This document shows, one piece after another, positions 46,152 through 48,299 of a stretch of DNA of 48,299 nucleotides; position 1 is the first letter of the stretch; every line of letters begins with the position of its first letter. A model generated the notes under the pieces. That model made no database searches, was not told the DNA's origin, and saw only the letters and a list, made by a program, of their open reading frames with translations. The stretch covers positions 1 through 48,299 of IMG/VR virus record IMGVR_UViG_3300033485_000024, one strand, 5' to 3'. Source of the stretch: a virus (taxonomy: Duplodnaviria > Caudoviricetes). The translations under genes were made by a program, and so were the position numbers.

Positions 46152-47477
46152 TTACTGAGGTTGGTTGTAAATGCGCCGTCTTATGCCAGTATAACCGCGC
46201 ACTTGCAACTTATTCACAATAATTTTATTAGTTGGCTTGACCAACCCTAGATTTTGCAATGCTGTAGAGATTGCCATAGACTCGCCTTTCGGAGTATTCA
46301 TCCGCCAGCCCGCCATGTGGAGCGCGTCAATAATATCCGTGGTAGGTATGCTCCATTCAGAATCATTCTGTCTGCCAGGGTCGATCTCAAATATTTTCTC
46401 CAACCAATCCTCAAGCGGGTCTTGAATGACATACCGCTCTTTTATGTTGTTTGATTGCGTCGTTTCGCCGGCGTCAAGCCGCCAATCCTCGCCGGCGTCG
46501 TAGGCTGACTTGGCCTCGGCCCAAATTTGGTCAATATCCAGAGCAGAATATGACCAATCTATTGACTGTAATTCGACAATCAAAAAACGGCGGTTTCCGG
46601 TGTTATCGTCTAACAAGCCGCCGCCATCGGAGTTGATTGTGCCGATGAAAGACGCCAGCGCCGGCTTGCAAATTAAGTGTTTCCCGTAAGGCACTCTCAC
46701 AGTTACCTGTTCCATTGTTAGGAAGTTTTTTAGGGCGTCCCGGTCGGCGCGGCGGGTGGTATTGCCCAACTCCCCCACCTCCCAAATCCAGCGCGTCATC
46801 AGGGATATGAGCGAGTCTTTATTTTCGGGGTGAATCGCTGCGTCAAGATACATTTGAGGTATAGGACAAAGCCAGTGCGCAAACTGTGACTTGCCAATAC
46901 CTTGCGCGCCATCCAGCACCAGCATCGGATTTTGTGCGCCAGTGTAAGCTTTCGCCACCGTTCCCACCAACCACCGCCGCAAGAAAAAATAGAACATCCC
47001 ATCGGCGTCCTTGAATTTGTCGCATAATTCCAAAATATTATTTTTACCATTCCACTGCAAGCCACCCAGGTAATCGGTGACATAGTGGAATGGTCGCCAC
47101 TGTGCCGCTCGGATATAGGCGTCCTCAATGATGTTGAAACGGGTATGCCCCAAATCTGACATTTTAGAGCGGATAGTGGCGGCGGTTACATCAGTTAGGA
47201 GCGCGCCGTTGGCATATACCTGGTCGTCCATTTGATTTAATGAAAACTCATAACCGAGGTCCGCCAGGATGGATAGGTATTCCTCGGCCTTGAGACGGGG
47301 ACTTTTTTGGGGTGGGAGGGTAGTGGGTAAACTCGAAACCGCTTGAAGTTCTCCGATTTTGTGCCAGGTATTGTCTTCTAATCTGGCTTTATCGTGAAGC
47401 GTTTTGGTGATTTTGGCGGGCTTATGCGTTTCTGGGTGGATAACCGCATCGCCGATCCTGAGTTCTGGCATGGTCAT
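46152..47477 (-). CDS. VapE/VirE-family helicase-like ATPase
   Basis: LVLDGAQGIGKS, WIWEVGEL, R.PYG, FIGTIN, DNTGNRRF. Confidence 0.9.
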   Translation of the reverse strand: MTMPELRIGDAVIHPETHKPAKITKTLHDKARLEDNTWHKIGELQAVSSLPTTLPPQKSPRLKAEEYLSILADLGYEFSLNQMDDQVYANGALLTDVTAATIRSKMSDLGHTRFNIIEDAYIRAAQWRPFHYVTDYLGGLQWNGKNNILELCDKFKDADGMFYFFLRRWLVGTVAKAYTGAQNPMLVLDGAQGIGKSQFAHWLCPIPQMYLDAAIHPENKDSLISLMTRWIWEVGELGNTTRRADRDALKNFLTMEQVTVRVPYGKHLICKPALASFIGTINSDGGGLLDDNTGNRRFLIVELQSIDWSYSALDIDQIWAEAKSAYDAGEDWRLDAGETTQSNNIKERYVIQDPLEDWLEKIFEIDPGRQNDSEWSIPTTDIIDALHMAGWRMNTPKGESMAISTALQNLGLVKPTNKIIVNKLQVRGYTGIRRRIYNQPQ

Positions 47478-47493
47478 CTCCTATGCAACAAAA

Positions 47494-47578
47494 AAGACGG
47501 CTTGGGGATAGACAGCCCGGCACGAGTGAACCGGGGCTTTGGCAGGCCCCAAAGGGCTGCCCATCCCAAAACCGTCTT
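47494..47578 (-). promoter_or_regulatory. Long leader RNA hairpin before the helicase
   Basis: 25-bp imperfect stem in which three of four mismatches are G-U pairs on the minus strand. Confidence 0.6.
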
Positions 47579-47676
47579 GATCGTAACAAACAGAAATGCC
47601 ATTTTTTAACCTCGTGCCTTTGGCGGGTTTATCGGCCTTGCGACCGGAGGTTGCCAGCCTCACCCGCTATACTCTG

Positions 47677-47704
47677 ATTATAAGCCCATTTCCGGGACAG
47701 TCAA
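47677..47704 (-). promoter_or_regulatory. Sigma70-type promoter of the replication operon
   Basis: TTGACT-N16-TATAAT. Confidence 0.65.
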
Positions 47705-48112
47705 TATGACAGAATGTGTCATATATCCCGAAACCGTCACCACTACCACCCGCGCCCCGCGCCCCACCGTCCCCCACCGTTGCGCCGTCGCCCCGTCCAC
47801 TTCCATCAGCACATTGCCGCGCTGCATCCAAGCGACCGTGGCCGCGTCGCCGGCGCAATCCACCACGAGCAGTCTTTCTGCGCGCCCGGCGTGAATCACA
47901 GTCCACACGCGGCCAATCTGCGCGCAATCCCGGACGGCAATGTACCCATCGGCGGCGGGCAACGGCGTGGGCAATGGGTAAGCCGTGGCGTGCGTCTGCC
48001 GGTAGGTAATGACGCGCTCCATTTTGCCCGGCGCATATTGCGAGGACACTCCGGGGGTAGCGACGACTAGGAGCAGGGCAAAGCGGAGGGCGGTCAGGGC
48101 GGCCGTGTTCAT
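47678..48112 (-). CDS. Signal-peptide protein, RlpA/double-psi beta-barrel-like
   Basis: Hydrophobic N-terminus; SQYAPG, IAV.DC..IG, LVVDC, EVD..TA. Confidence 0.5.
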   Translation of the reverse strand: MNTAALTALRFALLLVVATPGVSSQYAPGKMERVITYRQTHATAYPLPTPLPAADGYIAVRDCAQIGRVWTVIHAGRAERLLVVDCAGDAATVAWMQRGNVLMEVDGATAQRWGTVGRGARVVVVTVSGYMTHSVILTVPEMGL

Positions 48113-48155
48113 CTGCGCTCTGCTCTTGCTCCCATTTCTGGGGCTTTGAATAACT

Positions 48156-48281
48156 CTGACGGCAGGCAGTACACTCCCCGCCCGCCGTCAGGCCAGACCC
48201 AATGCGTCTCAAAGCGCATAGTGCGGCCGGTGACGCGCTTCAGGCACACCTCGATCTTGCCGGTCTCGGTATACCCCACCA
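48156..48281. repeat. Terminal direct repeat, copy 2
   Basis: Identical to 1-126. Confidence 0.95.
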
Positions 48282-48299
48282 ATGATACGGCGACCACCG
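48281..48299 (+). other. Illumina P5 adapter remnant (artefact)
   Basis: AATGATACGGCGACCACCG matches the start of the P5 adapter. Confidence 0.97.

Noticed and set aside
48109-48297. ORF beginning MVAVSL
   Set aside because: The first residues come from the Illumina adapter; the true N-terminus is at 193 across the circular junction.

Overview
The window looks like a complete, circularly permuted tailed dsDNA phage genome of about 48,155 bp. Bases 1-126 recur at 48156-48281, followed by an Illumina P5 adapter remnant. Layout: (i) minus-strand early/accessory genes at ~38.1-48.2 kb, continuing across the junction to ~6.9 kb. These include a VapE/VirE helicase, RepB-type primase, probable origin, PD-(D/E)xK nuclease, Dam-like methylase, AAA ATPase, pentapeptide protein, and an FtsK + membrane-protein + RHH module. 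(ii) Plus-strand genes at 7.2-38.1 kb: holin-like protein, Acb2/Tad1-like protein, ThyX, ParB-methylase, terminase, portal, Mu-F-like head protein, fused protease/scaffold-major capsid, neck and siphovirus-type tail genes with a -1 frameshifted chaperone. Two glycosyltransferases and a methyltransferase sit among the virion genes. I recognised no integrase, CI-like repressor or classical endolysin. Most notable: an integrase-less array of integron attC-like sites (38.96-39.72 kb), each closing a small gene that is translated into the site; a TraB/Spd-like FtsK-membrane module; tandem D-armless tRNA-like elements; and a repeat-spacer-repeat whose spacer copies the phage's own capsid gene. All calls come from motifs read by eye, with no database searches. 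The host is unknown.
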